DNA of 64,000 nt from an uncultured Acidobacteriota bacterium (GCA_963725075.1 CAVRXA010000026.1:110288-174287); one strand, 5' to 3'; positions 9,203 to 19,181 are shown, counted from the stretch's first letter. Notes: generated by a model from the letters alone, not told the origin. Program-made: numbers and translations.

Positions 9203-10695
9203 TCAGGGATAGTGGTCGGGGAGATCGTTCTCGTAGAGGACGGCGTCTCCGGGGCCCAGGTGCTGCCGGACCCAATCGACCGCCTCCTCGCGAGAGGTGA
9301 CGACGGTAACCGAGGCACCGCCCTTGGCGGAACCTTCGAGCAATGCACCGCGATTGGTCCGGCCGACGATGAGAAGGTCGTCGGCGAGGGCCGCAGATTC
9401 GGCGGCAAAGGTGAGGTTCTCGTCGAACTGATCCGGCCCGAGCTCGACCATGCCCGGAGTCACCACGACCTTTCGCCCGCCGTCGCCGACCCTCTCGAGG
9501 ACCCCCAGGGCAGCCCTCGCCCCAGCCGGGTTCGAGTTGAAGGTGTCATCGATGACGGCGAACCCTCGTTCCGAGCTGGACAAGGTTTGCCGGTGCTCCG
9601 GGCGCGGAAGCCCATCCAGCCTTGACACCATGTCCCCCGGTTCCACGCCGAGGGCGAGCCCGATCCCGAGGGCCACCGCCAAATTCACCGCGAACACGTC
9701 TTCGGGGGCATTCCCAACCTCCGTGCCGTCGATCCGGATGACACCCTCCTGGACGTGACCCTGGCGTCCGCGCCATCCCCCGAAACGGTGACGACATCCA
9801 TCCTTCCCGTCCGCTCGGCGGCCAGGCTGGCAAGAAGGGGGTGATCAACTGCAATGACACCGACCCTGGCCCGGTCGAGGATCTCGGACTTGGCAGCGAC
9901 GATCCGTTCCAGGGTCCGGAAACGCTCGAGATGGACCGGGCCGATGGCGACCATCGCCGCGACATCCGGCCGGATCCATCGAGTGAGCTCCTCGATCTCC
10001 CCTGGACCGTACGTCCCCATCTCGGCGACGAAGACCTCGGTGCCCGGTACGAGTTGCTCGTTGATGGCCCGAGCCAGACCCATGCGGTTGTTGAACGAAG
10101 CCGGGCTGGCCACCGTGCGAAACGTTCCGGCGAGGAGATGGGCCGCGTATTGCTTGGTGGTCGTCTTGCCGTAGGAACCGGTTATCGCCACCACCTTTGC
10201 CCCCGAGGATCCGAGACGGGCGGATGCCTGGTCGACCCACCGGTTGCCCATGATTCGCTCGATCGGCCCGAGGACGAGGAGGGCGATGTCGATCAATGCC
10301 GGCAGGAGGAAGAGACCGAGGGCGATGAAGAAGCCAGACTCGATGGCGGCGCCGCCGAGGTAGACAGCGAGCGTCAGGATCCCGGCCACAACAGCCACCC
10401 GACGCAGCCGCGCCGTCCAGGCGAGCGGCGAGGTGCGGCCACGGATCGAGAGACCGATCGGGCCTATCTGTGCCACCGGCACCAGAAACGCCCACCACAC
10501 ACTCCACCATGACCCGACGAGCCCGATCACCATCAGCGCCAGGAGGACCACGTTCAGGAGTCCGGATGTCCACCAGCGGCCGGCGAAGGTGGCGACAGCG
10601 CCGGCCAGGTAGTGCTCGCGTTGGGCAACCCGCAGCCAGCGCAGCCCGGCCGGGATCGCGGCCAGGGCACACGCTGCGAGGAGCGCCGGGATCAC
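9203..10695 (-). pseudogene. Mur-ligase (MurF-like) with N-terminal multi-pass membrane domain, interrupted by one frameshift near 9750-9757
   Basis: Track ORF 9685..10695 has about 5 TM helices followed by ITGSYGKTTTKQY. Track ORF 9203..9697 has DDTFNSNPAGARAAL and a C-terminal domain. My translation across the junction reads ...DGADARVT / VQEGVIRIDGTEVGNAPEDVFAVNL, which requires a -1 shift. Confidence 0.75.
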
Positions 10696-11393
10696 GATCG
10701 AAGCTCCTCGGCCAGAACCCGGGAGATGGCATGCGGCGCCTGGGTCGGGACGAGGTGGCCCACCCCGGACAGCACCTCGAGCTCGGCGGTCCCACCGGCC
10801 TGTCTGATGACGCGTAGCGCCTGCTCCGCCACCGCCACCGGCACCTCGTGGTCGTTCTCTCCCCAGAGAAGGAGTACCCGATTCCGCAGCCCCTTCAATT
10901 GCGGCTCATAGCTCTCGTTGACCACCCGGACGAGGATGTCCCGCATAACTCCGCTCGCCGCCCGGTAGTCGGCGGATCCACGACTGCGACGGATCTCCTC
11001 CATCCGATCGTCCGAGACCACACGTGCGCGATTGAGCAATCGGAGCATCCGGTAGCCAGGAGAGGGTTTCTTGCTCGGCCCGAGACGGAGCAAGGGGGCT
11101 CCGCTGATCACCAGAGAAGCGACTCGATCCGGGTGGGCGGCGGCCAGACAGACGGCGATGCGCCCCCCGAAGGAGTGGCCGACGACGACTGGTGGCGTCT
11201 CGAATGCGTCCAGAACGGGGGCGACGAGCCCCGCATAGCCCTCGGCCCCGAGAACCTCGGCCGGTGCGGGTGTCGCCCCAAATCCGGGGAGATCGACCGC
11301 AAGAGCGTCGAATTCGGCCAATGATGAGGCGAAATCGTTGCCGCGGCGCCCCCAACCGTGAAGTGCCAGCACGCCGCGGCGATCCGTCACCAT
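10692..11393 (-). CDS. alpha/beta hydrolase
   Basis: HGWGRRGNDF, nucleophile elbow GHSFGG and a C-terminal GVGHLV. I chose the ATG at 11393; the 393-aa track ORF has an implausible Gly/Arg/Asp-rich extension. It overlaps the ligase start by 4 nt. Confidence 0.8.
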   Translation of the reverse strand: MVTDRRGVLALHGWGRRGNDFASSLAEFDALAVDLPGFGATPAPAEVLGAEGYAGLVAPVLDAFETPPVVVGHSFGGRIAVCLAAAHPDRVASLVISGAPLLRLGPSKKPSPGYRMLRLLNRARVVSDDRMEEIRRSRGSADYRAASGVMRDILVRVVNESYEPQLKGLRNRVLLLWGENDHEVPVAVAEQALRVIRQAGGTAELEVLSGVGHLVPTQAPHAISRVLAEELRS

Positions 11394-11498
11394 ATGCCTC
11401 TGCGAACAATGCGCCATCGGCGAGGGCGCGCAAAGCCACGTATCTAGTCCTTGTTCGGAAATGCCGAGAATACAGTCGGAAGGCTTCCATTCTGTGAC

Positions 11499-13283
11499 AT
11501 GGACGGGATGACACCAACGACGCATCAGGCCATGGCCCGATTTCGGGCCTCTTTGCTTCGTCGCGCCTCCGCAGTGGCTTGGGTAGTCCTGATCATCATC
11601 GCCGCCCAGGCGGTGCGCCAGCAGGTATTCACACAACCCGGCTTCTGGATCCCGATGGCCGGTCTTGCCGCGATGCTGGTTGTCTCCACCGCCACCCGAT
11701 GGGATCGGCCGATGGCCACCCGGTACGCGCCCTGGATCGCCGTCGCCTGGCTGACGGGTCTCATCCTCGGGATCACGGCCTTTGCCTTGATCGAGCCGCT
11801 CGAGGCCACCGCCACTCCGATCCTCTATGGGATCGCCGCCGTTTCCGGGCTGCTCCTCACCTGGTGGGCCCATGCGTTCATGACCGTCCTCATCGGGTTG
11901 GCGATCGCATTCATCGCCCTCGAGGCAGGTGCGGACGCGATCGCAGACTTCGTAGCCCCGGTCCTGACCGTCGCCGTGGTGTCCGCCGCCACGGCGCTGG
12001 TCGGTCTGGAGTTCGAGCGTGAGGCGGTTCGATCGGCCTCACGTGAGACCCAGATCGACCAGCAACGCCTCGATTTCGAGCGTCTCTACGAGGTGAGCGC
12101 CACTCTGGCCCGGGCCGAGTCTTTGGCCGAGATCGTGCCCCATCTCGTTGGCACCATCTGCAAGTACCTGGACGCCCAGGTCGGTGTTGTCCTCCTCTAC
12201 AACCCGGAGCGCCACCGCCTCGAGGTGATGAGCCCGATCTGGGTCAACGGGTATCCCCTGGAGACCGAACCCATCGTCCTCGACGTAGCCTCGCCCGCCA
12301 TCGTGGCCCAGGTCTACCGGTCCGGACGCCCCTTCTTCGTTCGGGACATCGATCAGGACACCGACGCCCATGTCCTCCTCAGGGAGCTGGGGTTGCGCCA
12401 GGCGCTGGTGGCGCCGTTGAAGGTCGAGAACCTGCGGGTGGGCGCCATCATCGTCGGCGACCCGTATGTGGGCAGCTTCAACGAGGATCAGCTCGACCAG
12501 CTCGGCTCATTGGCGGCTCCGGCAGGTCTGGTCCTGTCTCAGATCGGGCGTTACGAGGCGCAGGCAGAGATGACGAGACGTCTGGAGGAGGTGGCCCAGA
12601 TGAAGACCGACTTCGTCTCCACCGTCAGCCACGAGCTCCGCACGCCCCTCACCTCCATCATCGGCTCCCTGGACACCGTCAACCGGCCCGAGCTGGCCCC
12701 GACCCAGGTCGCGGCGCAACAACTCCTGTCCACGGCACGTCGCCAGGCGGGACGGCTCCAGCGTCTGATCGACGACTTGCTCGTGGTATCCCGGATCGAC
12801 CGCGGGGCGATACCGGTCCATCTCGAGCCGGTACCCCTCAAATTGGCCTTCGAGGAGGTGAACCGGGTCGTCTCGATCGAGCCGACCTTCACCATCGAGC
12901 CCCCGGACCTCACTGTCGAGGCCGACCGCGACCATCTCACCCGGATCTTGATCAACTTGGTCGAGAATGCCGCCAAGTACGCGGTGGGGAGCCCTGTCGA
13001 GCTGTATGCCTGGGAGCGTCCCAACAAGGCGGTGATCGCGGTCGTCGACCACGGGCCTGGCATCCCTGACGACGAGAGGGAGCGTGTCTTCGAGCGATTC
13101 ACCCAGATCGACCAGTCGGACACCCGGTCGAAGGGCGGGACCGGTCTCGGTCTCTCCATCGTCAAGAGCCTGGCCGAGGTGATGTATGGGGCGGTGCGGG
13201 TAGAAGCCACGGAAGGCGGCGGAGCCACCTTCGTCGTCGAGTTGCCCTTGGCGCGTGCCCTGCAGAAAGTCGAGAGCCGCTAG
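11499..13283 (+). CDS. sensor histidine kinase with membrane, GAF and HisKA-HATPase domains
   Basis: Multi-TM N-terminus, GAF-like block, H-box FVSTVSHELRTPLTSI, N-box NLVENAAKYA and G-box GTGLGLSIV. The start is uncertain (11451-11532). No response regulator is adjacent. Confidence 0.85.
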   Translation: MDGMTPTTHQAMARFRASLLRRASAVAWVVLIIIAAQAVRQQVFTQPGFWIPMAGLAAMLVVSTATRWDRPMATRYAPWIAVAWLTGLILGITAFALIEPLEATATPILYGIAAVSGLLLTWWAHAFMTVLIGLAIAFIALEAGADAIADFVAPVLTVAVVSAATALVGLEFEREAVRSASRETQIDQQRLDFERLYEVSATLARAESLAEIVPHLVGTICKYLDAQVGVVLLYNPERHRLEVMSPIWVNGYPLETEPIVLDVASPAIVAQVYRSGRPFFVRDIDQDTDAHVLLRELGLRQALVAPLKVENLRVGAIIVGDPYVGSFNEDQLDQLGSLAAPAGLVLSQIGRYEAQAEMTRRLEEVAQMKTDFVSTVSHELRTPLTSIIGSLDTVNRPELAPTQVAAQQLLSTARRQAGRLQRLIDDLLVVSRIDRGAIPVHLEPVPLKLAFEEVNRVVSIEPTFTIEPPDLTVEADRDHLTRILINLVENAAKYAVGSPVELYAWERPNKAVIAVVDHGPGIPDDERERVFERFTQIDQSDTRSKGGTGLGLSIVKSLAEVMYGAVRVEATEGGGATFVVELPLARALQKVESR

Positions 13284-14062
13284 TCGGTTCGCTCGCCCCC
13301 GGAGGCGATGGCATGAAACCCACCGTCGACGTGAACCACTTCGCCGGAGGTCATCGGCGCCCAGTCACTGAGGAGCACGCACACCATCCGGGCCACCGGT
13401 TCCGGGTTCGATCCGTCCCAGGAGAGGGGGGCCCGCTCCTTCCACACGCGGTCGAAGGCATCGAAGCCCGGGATCGACTTTGCGGCCACCGTGCTCAGTG
13501 GCCCCGCCGACACCGCATTGACCCTCACTCGGTGTGGCCCGAGGTCGCGGGCCAGATACCGGGTGACGCTCTGCAGGGCAGACTTGGCCACACCCATCCA
13601 GTCGTACGCGGGCCAGGCCTGCGAATTGTCGAAGTCGAGAGTGACCAATGCCCCACCGTCCGTCATCAGCGGAAGTAGGGCGACCGCCAGTGTCTTGTAG
13701 GAGAAGGCAGACGTCATGAAGGCGGTCTGCGCCGATTCGGGTGGGGTGTTCAGGAAGTTCCCCCCGAGGGCGTCCTCCGGTGCGAATGCAATGGCATGGA
13801 GGGCTCCGTCCACCCGCCCCCACCGCTCCCCCAAGTCTGCCACCAGTGACGAGACCTGATCCGGGTCGTTGATGTCGAGCTCGAGGACCGGACAGGGATC
13901 GGGCAGCCGCTGCACCGACCGCTCCGTGAGCCGGAGTCCGCGCCCGAAACCGGTAGCGACGATGTCGGCGCCCTCCTCCTGGGCGATTCTGGCCACATGC
14001 CAGGCGATGGAGTCGTCGGTGAGAACCCCGGTGATGAGGAGTTTCTTGTTCTCGAGCAGCAT
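13280..14062 (-). CDS. fabI: enoyl-[acyl-carrier-protein] reductase (NADH), FabI/InhA type
   Basis: KKLLITGVLTDDSIAW..., the YDWMGVAKSALQS catalytic Y/K region and SAGPL. An AAGGAGG RBS precedes the ATG at 14062. Confidence 0.85.
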   Translation of the reverse strand: MLLENKKLLITGVLTDDSIAWHVARIAQEEGADIVATGFGRGLRLTERSVQRLPDPCPVLELDINDPDQVSSLVADLGERWGRVDGALHAIAFAPEDALGGNFLNTPPESAQTAFMTSAFSYKTLAVALLPLMTDGGALVTLDFDNSQAWPAYDWMGVAKSALQSVTRYLARDLGPHRVRVNAVSAGPLSTVAAKSIPGFDAFDRVWKERAPLSWDGSNPEPVARMVCVLLSDWAPMTSGEVVHVDGGFHAIASGGERTD

Positions 14063-14072
14063 CGCCACCTCC

Positions 14073-14444
14073 TTAGAAGTTGCCACCGAAGGTGAGGATC
14101 CCCCTGATGGCGAGCCCCATTGTGAACAGAAGCAGTAGCCCGTAATAGAAGGCCGGTCGTTTGCGGAACTGGGCCCGATAGATGTACGCGAACGAGAAGG
14201 TCACCGCGATTACGACACCGTAGAAGACGTGCTGGTTACCCGGGTCGATTCCACCATTCGCCACGATCACTCCAGTCACGATCTGGAGGAGGAGGGCCGA
14301 GATCGCCAGCCCGACGCCGTAGTAGAACGCCCGGGGCGGGGGCTCACGACGTCTGATCAAGATCCCCCAGAGTCCCACGATCCCGCTGATCCCGGCCGCG
14401 ACGTAGCCCCAGTTGGTGTGGAAATCGCTCAACAAAATGAGCAT
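14073..14444 (-). CDS. hypothetical 4-TM membrane protein
   Basis: 123-aa hydrophobic ORF located 10 nt upstream of fabI on the same strand. Confidence 0.6.
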   Translation of the reverse strand: MLILLSDFHTNWGYVAAGISGIVGLWGILIRRREPPPRAFYYGVGLAISALLLQIVTGVIVANGGIDPGNQHVFYGVVIAVTFSFAYIYRAQFRKRPAFYYGLLLLFTMGLAIRGILTFGGNF

Positions 14445-14501
14445 AGGGAGCAGTGCAAATGGCCCGTCGTCTTCTGTACAATTGTTTCAGGAGGCTGGTG
14501 A

Positions 14502-14762
14502 ATGTTCGAGGCGGTGGAGTTCACAGAGGTCCGCGGAAGCGATGAGCCCGATCAGAGGGTGATCGGCACCTTTCCGGACGAGATCGGTGCGGTAGAGGCG
14601 GTCCGGTCCGCGAAGACAGAGTTCGTCGAGTCCGGCTCCGAGGATTTCGCCTGGTGGGTGGTCCGTCAACCGGGAGCCACTCTGGCGCAGTTCATCTCCG
14701 ATTCGAAGAGCGACAAGGAATTCATCGTCGATCTGACGACGGGTCAATTGATCGAGGTCTGA
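14502..14762 (+). CDS. hypothetical small acidic protein
   Basis: AGGAGG lies 7 nt upstream of the ATG, and third codon positions are GC-rich throughout. No recognisable family. Confidence 0.55.
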   Translation: MFEAVEFTEVRGSDEPDQRVIGTFPDEIGAVEAVRSAKTEFVESGSEDFAWWVVRQPGATLAQFISDSKSDKEFIVDLTTGQLIEV

Positions 14763-14799
14763 CCCGAGATCACTCGCGGGGGCGGGCGGCTTGAGGAAG

Positions 14800-16413
14800 T
14801 CAGCTGTCTTCCATGAGGAGGTTGGCGTATTCGTTCCTGACGACCTTCTTGTCGAACTTGCCGGTGCCTGTCTTGGGGATCTGGTCGATGAACAGGATCT
14901 TGTCGGGCAGCCACCACTTGGCGACCCGCTCCTCGAGGAAGGAATGCAGATCCTCCTCCGACACCTCGGCACCTTCCCGCGGGACGACGAAGGCCACCGG
15001 GCGCTCCTGCCATTTCACGTGCTTCAGGCCGACGACGGTTGCCTCGCTCACGTCGGGGTGGGCCATGAGGGCGTTCTCCAGGTCGATCGATGAGATCCAC
15101 TCCCCGCCCGACTTGATCACGTCCTTTGCCCGGTCGGTGATCTTGATGTAACCCTCGGGCGTGATCTTGCACACGTCTCCGGTGCGGAGCCACCCGTCCT
15201 CGAACGACTGGGCGGAGCGGGTGTCCTGGTAGTACTCGGCGGCGATCCAGGGGCCGCGGATCAGCAGCTCCCCGAACGCCTCCCCGTCGTGGGGCAGCTC
15301 CTCCCCGATCTCGTCGACGATCTTCACCTGCAGCCCTGCCACCGGGATGCCCGCCGTCTCGAGAAAGTCGAGCTGCCGTTCCAGGTCCCATTCCTCCATC
15401 TCGGGCTTGAGCAGGCTCGTGGAGGCGACCGGGTTGGTCTCGGTCATGCCCCAGCCCTGCACGACCCGGATTCCCTGGACCTTCCAGTACCACTCGATCA
15501 TCGCTCGGGGGACCGCCGATCCACCGCAGAGGAAGGCGCGGATCGAGGAGAGGTCGACATCCGGATTCGCCTCGAGATACTGCTTGATCCCCAACCAGAC
15601 CGTGGGGACCCCGGCACTGAATGTCACTTTCTCCCGTTCGAGCAGGGGCACCAGACCCTGGGGGGTCAAGTCGGGACCGGGATAGGTGAGTTTGGCCCCC
15701 TGGGTGACTGCCATGAACGGGTACCCCCAGGCGGCCGCGTGGAACATCGGCACCACGGGCAGCACGTTGTCGCTCGGCAGCATGTTGAAGTTGGCCAAAT
15801 TGGAGATCGTGTGCAGATAGGTGGATCTCTGGGTGTAGGCGACCCCTTTGGGATTGCCGGTTGTTCCCGATGAGTAACAGAACATCATCGGGGACCGCTC
15901 ATCGAGCTGGGGCCAGGGACCGTGGGGCCCGGCGTCCCCGATCAGGTCTTCATATGCGATCGATCCCGGAATCGCGTCCGAGGCCGACTCGCCCATCACG
16001 ACGTAGGTCTCCACTGTTTTCAGCTCTGGTGTGATGGGTCCCAGGAGTGGGGCGAGATCGGGATCGACGAACATCACCTTGTCGCCGGCGTGATTGACGA
16101 TGTAGGCGATCTGGTCGGCGAAGAGCCTGATATTGACCGTGTGACAGACGAGCCCGGTGTTGGCGGTCGCCCAGTAGAGCTCGTGGTGCCGGCGGTTGTT
16201 CCAGGCAAACGTCCCCACGGGGTCGCCCTGCGTCAGACCCAGGCCCTGCAGCGCTGTGGCGAGACGCCGCACCCTGGTGTCGGTCTCGCCGTAGGTGGTG
16301 CGGGTTACCGACCGGTCGGCCTCGACGGAGACGATCTCCTGATCCGGGTAGAGCCAGACCGCACGGTCGTAGAGGGTGGACATATTGAGCGGGAAGTCCT
16401 GCATGTGTGGCAT
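14800..16413 (-). CDS. fatty-acid--CoA ligase (AMP-dependent synthetase)
   Basis: The AMP-binding motif YSSGTTGNPKG is present in the 537-aa track ORF, and a GEWISS motif lies in the C-terminal domain. Confidence 0.85.
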   Translation of the reverse strand: MPHMQDFPLNMSTLYDRAVWLYPDQEIVSVEADRSVTRTTYGETDTRVRRLATALQGLGLTQGDPVGTFAWNNRRHHELYWATANTGLVCHTVNIRLFADQIAYIVNHAGDKVMFVDPDLAPLLGPITPELKTVETYVVMGESASDAIPGSIAYEDLIGDAGPHGPWPQLDERSPMMFCYSSGTTGNPKGVAYTQRSTYLHTISNLANFNMLPSDNVLPVVPMFHAAAWGYPFMAVTQGAKLTYPGPDLTPQGLVPLLEREKVTFSAGVPTVWLGIKQYLEANPDVDLSSIRAFLCGGSAVPRAMIEWYWKVQGIRVVQGWGMTETNPVASTSLLKPEMEEWDLERQLDFLETAGIPVAGLQVKIVDEIGEELPHDGEAFGELLIRGPWIAAEYYQDTRSAQSFEDGWLRTGDVCKITPEGYIKITDRAKDVIKSGGEWISSIDLENALMAHPDVSEATVVGLKHVKWQERPVAFVVPREGAEVSEEDLHSFLEERVAKWWLPDKILFIDQIPKTGTGKFDKKVVRNEYANLLMEDS

Positions 16414-17024
16414 CAGGCGCCTCCTAACAGCTTCTGCTTCTCGGCTTCGAACTCGCTATCGGTCAGCTTGCCCTCGTCGTGGAGCCGGGACAGCGTCGCC
16501 AATTGAGATGCGGAGCTCTCCGCCGCAGCCGCCCGCCCCCCTGATTGCAATGAGTGCTGGCGGTCCTCTCTCGCCTGGTAGATCAGCGACTGGATCGCCT
16601 CTGGGTCGGGGATATCGGTGTAGTGGGTTTGCCCGTGCGTCCCGGCCGACTCGATGACGAGATCACCGGTCCCGAAAATCCGCTCCCATGCCGATTGCTT
16701 GAACGCCACATCGTTGATGACCTCGAGCGGGAGCTCTTTGCCTTGTTTGGAGAGCATGCCCACTCGGTGGATGAGGCGCTCGGTCGTTATGACGTGCAAG
16801 GTCGTGAACCAGCGAATGAACCCTCTCGCCGTCAGAACAAGCCACACGATGATGAGCGCGCCGATCACCCACACCGCCCAATCGAATCCCTGGAGAGCCA
16901 AGAAGACGATGATTGCGAGGGCGAGGATGGAGAGAAGGGCTTCCTTCAGGATCCCGGACCAGTGGGGTCTGAATTCGGCCTTGATCTCCTCGCCCGGGCT
17001 GAGCAGTTTCTCTGGATACGCCAT
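16413..17024 (-). CDS. membrane bPH (YdbS-like) domain protein with C-terminal SHOCT motif
   Basis: Two TM helices followed by HVITTERLIHRVGMLSKQGKELPL (bacterial PH), and a C-terminal LATLSRLHDEGKLTDSEFEAEKQKLL (SHOCT). The stop overlaps the downstream ATG (TGATG). Confidence 0.7.
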   Translation of the reverse strand: MAYPEKLLSPGEEIKAEFRPHWSGILKEALLSILALAIIVFLALQGFDWAVWVIGALIIVWLVLTARGFIRWFTTLHVITTERLIHRVGMLSKQGKELPLEVINDVAFKQSAWERIFGTGDLVIESAGTHGQTHYTDIPDPEAIQSLIYQAREDRQHSLQSGGRAAAAESSASQLATLSRLHDEGKLTDSEFEAEKQKLLGGA

Positions 17025-17083
17025 CGCGGCAGGCTACCGATCGGGTGGATGGGGTGACGGCCCACGATCACCGGGAGTCGGCC

Positions 17084-18415
17084 CTATCCATCGACCAGAT
17101 AGAGCTGCCAGGAGTCTTCGATACCCTTCAATTCGTGGGTTCCCGCATCCTTGAAGGCGAAGCCTGACCCTCCGGCCAGATCCTTGACCGTGCGTGACAC
17201 CATGACCGACCCGGGCGGCGCCAATCCCATGACCCGAGCCGCGACATGGACGCCAAACCCGCCGATGTCATCCCCCCCGGTTTCGATCTCCCCGGTGTGC
17301 AGCCCGGCACGGATCTCAATCCCCAATCCCCGGACCGCGTCTCGAATCGCCAGCGCCGCCCGGATGGCGCGGGCCGGGCCGTCGAAGGTCGCCAGCAGCC
17401 CGTCCCCGGTGGTCTTGACCAGACGACCTTGATACCGGTTGAGCTGGCGATCACTGACGCGGTTGTGCATCTCGAGCAACTCTCTCCACCGCTTGTCGCC
17501 GAAGGCGGACGCCTGCTCGGTAGACCCGACGATGTCGGTAAACAACACCGTCGCCAGTCTCCGATCCGGGTCACCACCACCGCGCTCTCCGGTCAGGAAC
17601 TCCTCTACCTCATCAATAAATCCGTCGACGTCGCCTAGACCCAATCCGTAATCGGCTCCAGGCAGCTCGACCAAGCGGGCGCCGGAGATGTTGTCGGCCA
17701 GGTAGCGCGTGCTCTCGCTGGACACCATGGCGTTGTCGCGACGATGCAGGACCAGGGTGGGGGCCTGGATCGACGGCAGGGCAGCCCGGACATCGATCTG
17801 AAAGAGCGTGCGGAGCACATCGCCGGCCGTGGCGGGACTCGCGGCGAGACGCAGGTACCGCGCCCAGGCCTGCTGACCCTCAGGATCTTCGGCCAGACTC
17901 GGATTCGTGGCAAGCATGATGGTGGGGCCACCCCAGGCCTGCTCCGTCATATCGATGAGCGCCTCCTGTGTGCTCTCGGGAATCCCGTACGGATAGTCGG
18001 GCGCCTCAGAGAGCCGGGCGCTGGTGTTGGCCAAGATGAGGGCTGACACTCGCTCCGGGTGGGTCGCCGAAAACAGCGCAGCCATCATCCCGCCGTCGGC
18101 CGCTCCCAACAGCGCAGCTTGTTCGACACCGACCGCGTCCATTACGGCGCGCACGTCGTCCATCCAGTCCTCGAGCGGCGGCGGCGCCCCAGGCGGAGTG
18201 GGGTCGGACATGCCGATGCCGTATTTGTCGAATGCGATCACGCGGGCAAATGCGCCGAGCCGATCCAACATGTGAGCGAATCCCGGTATCTCCCAGCGTG
18301 CCTCGAGATGACTGAACCAAACCGAGACGATCACGAGATCGATCGGCCCGTCCCCGGTCACCTGATAGGCGACGTGGATGTCACCGCGGGTGGCGTAACG
18401 GGTCTCGCCTTGCAT
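17084..18415 (-). CDS. alpha/beta-hydrolase-fold domain fused to class III adenylate/guanylate cyclase
   Basis: C-terminal ATVLFTDIVGSTE...KTTGDGLLATF...GLHTGE...GFGVHVAARV is a class III cyclase. The N-terminal 280 aa has a hydrolase-like fold. ATG at 18415 (or GTG at 18418). Confidence 0.85.
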   Translation of the reverse strand: MQGETRYATRGDIHVAYQVTGDGPIDLVIVSVWFSHLEARWEIPGFAHMLDRLGAFARVIAFDKYGIGMSDPTPPGAPPPLEDWMDDVRAVMDAVGVEQAALLGAADGGMMAALFSATHPERVSALILANTSARLSEAPDYPYGIPESTQEALIDMTEQAWGGPTIMLATNPSLAEDPEGQQAWARYLRLAASPATAGDVLRTLFQIDVRAALPSIQAPTLVLHRRDNAMVSSESTRYLADNISGARLVELPGADYGLGLGDVDGFIDEVEEFLTGERGGGDPDRRLATVLFTDIVGSTEQASAFGDKRWRELLEMHNRVSDRQLNRYQGRLVKTTGDGLLATFDGPARAIRAALAIRDAVRGLGIEIRAGLHTGEIETGGDDIGGFGVHVAARVMGLAPPGSVMVSRTVKDLAGGSGFAFKDAGTHELKGIEDSWQLYLVDG

Positions 18416-18439
18416 CACCGGACGCTAACGCCCCGATCG

Positions 18440-18885
18440 GCAGGGGTCCCACACAACGAGAAAGTCCCGAGGGAGCCTTGGCCGAAGCCTCAACCCTCTC
18501 GGGACTCTCGCCCATTCGATGTCGGGCCGGGGACCCAACTCCGAATGGAGTTCTTGCCGATGGCCGAAGCCGTCGGCAGGTGTGCGATCCGAAGATCGCG
18601 ACCTCCCCGTCTCCGAGAAGACCTTGCGGGTTTTTACATCCGCCGTTCGAAGGCCGCTCGACGATCCCGAAGGATCCCCGTCCGACTTCCGACCGTCCCT
18701 GACGCCCTCGGTTTCCCGGTGGCTCCAGGTTCCCGCACCACGGCCTCGGAGCGGCTCTCACCTCTCCGAACCTCTTGATTCGGGCCGCCGCCGGGTTTCC
18801 CCGTCGGCGTGGGTGGAAACGTAGACCGGCACCCCGGTGCCGGCAACTCAAGTCGGTCATTGTTTTTCGCGAGTGATCGAAAGTT
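18440..18885 (-). ncRNA. candidate large structured RNA / hairpin-repeat module A (unclassified)
   Basis: There is no credible ORF. At least 8 hairpins are present, including four capped C(UUCG)G and one GAAA when read on the minus strand. A terminal 52-nt hairpin (18458-18509) is shared with module B. Strand is inferred only from the tetraloop type. Confidence 0.4.
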
Positions 18886-18989
18886 TCCGCGGGGCTGACG
18901 GGGCGGGGGAAGTCGCCCCTAATTTCGCATTCGTCGTCGCCGACGCTCCTCGATGTGCTCGCAGATGTGGTGGAAGCGGCAGAAGAGCT

Positions 18990-19181
18990 TGCCCGAACAA
19001 GGGGAACGACCCGGTCACGGTCGAATGGTTCGGTTCCGTGCTGCGGCTCGACTCCGACGATCACTATGAGACCGGGCCGATCGGGGAGGTGCTCGACCCG
19101 GGCGCGTACGTCGTGACCTCGCGCCCCTACCCGATGCCGATGCTGCGGGTCGTCGATCCGGCCGCGCCAGTCACTGACTAA
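18990..19181 (+). other. orphan coding-like segment (possible gene remnant) between the two hairpin modules
   Basis: The frame of track ORF 18837..19181 has about 87% third-position GC over the last 56 codons (my count), against about 69% for the antisense frame. There is no in-frame start with an RBS apart from the distant ATG at 18837, and I recognise no family. Confidence 0.3.

Noticed and set aside
11486-11495. Fourth TGTCACAG occurrence (minus strand), facing the hydrolase-ligase-ddl operon
   Set aside because: No TAnnnT hexamer follows at N8 or N9, and the site overlaps the likely start codon of the histidine kinase. It is probably a chance match.
10692-11873. Long N-terminal extensions in track ORFs (10692..11873, 35664..37148, 36587..37957, 40321..41901, 25166..28438, 8118..9275, 3986..4597)
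   Set aside because: The extensions overlap neighbouring genes or promoter regions, are compositionally non-protein-like, and have internal starts that align with family N-termini. I trimmed them to those internal starts.
13280-13283. Histidine kinase and fabI stops overlap on a CTAG palindrome
   Set aside because: This is real but trivial: a convergent 4-nt overlap with no evident regulatory meaning.
18455-18476. GAGAAAGTCCCGAGG resembles the RNase P RNA CR-I box GAGGAAAGUCCGGGC
   Set aside because: None of the other universally conserved RNase P blocks (for example the GGGUGAAA...GGUAAGAGC or ACAGAACCCGGCUUA type regions) is present on either strand.
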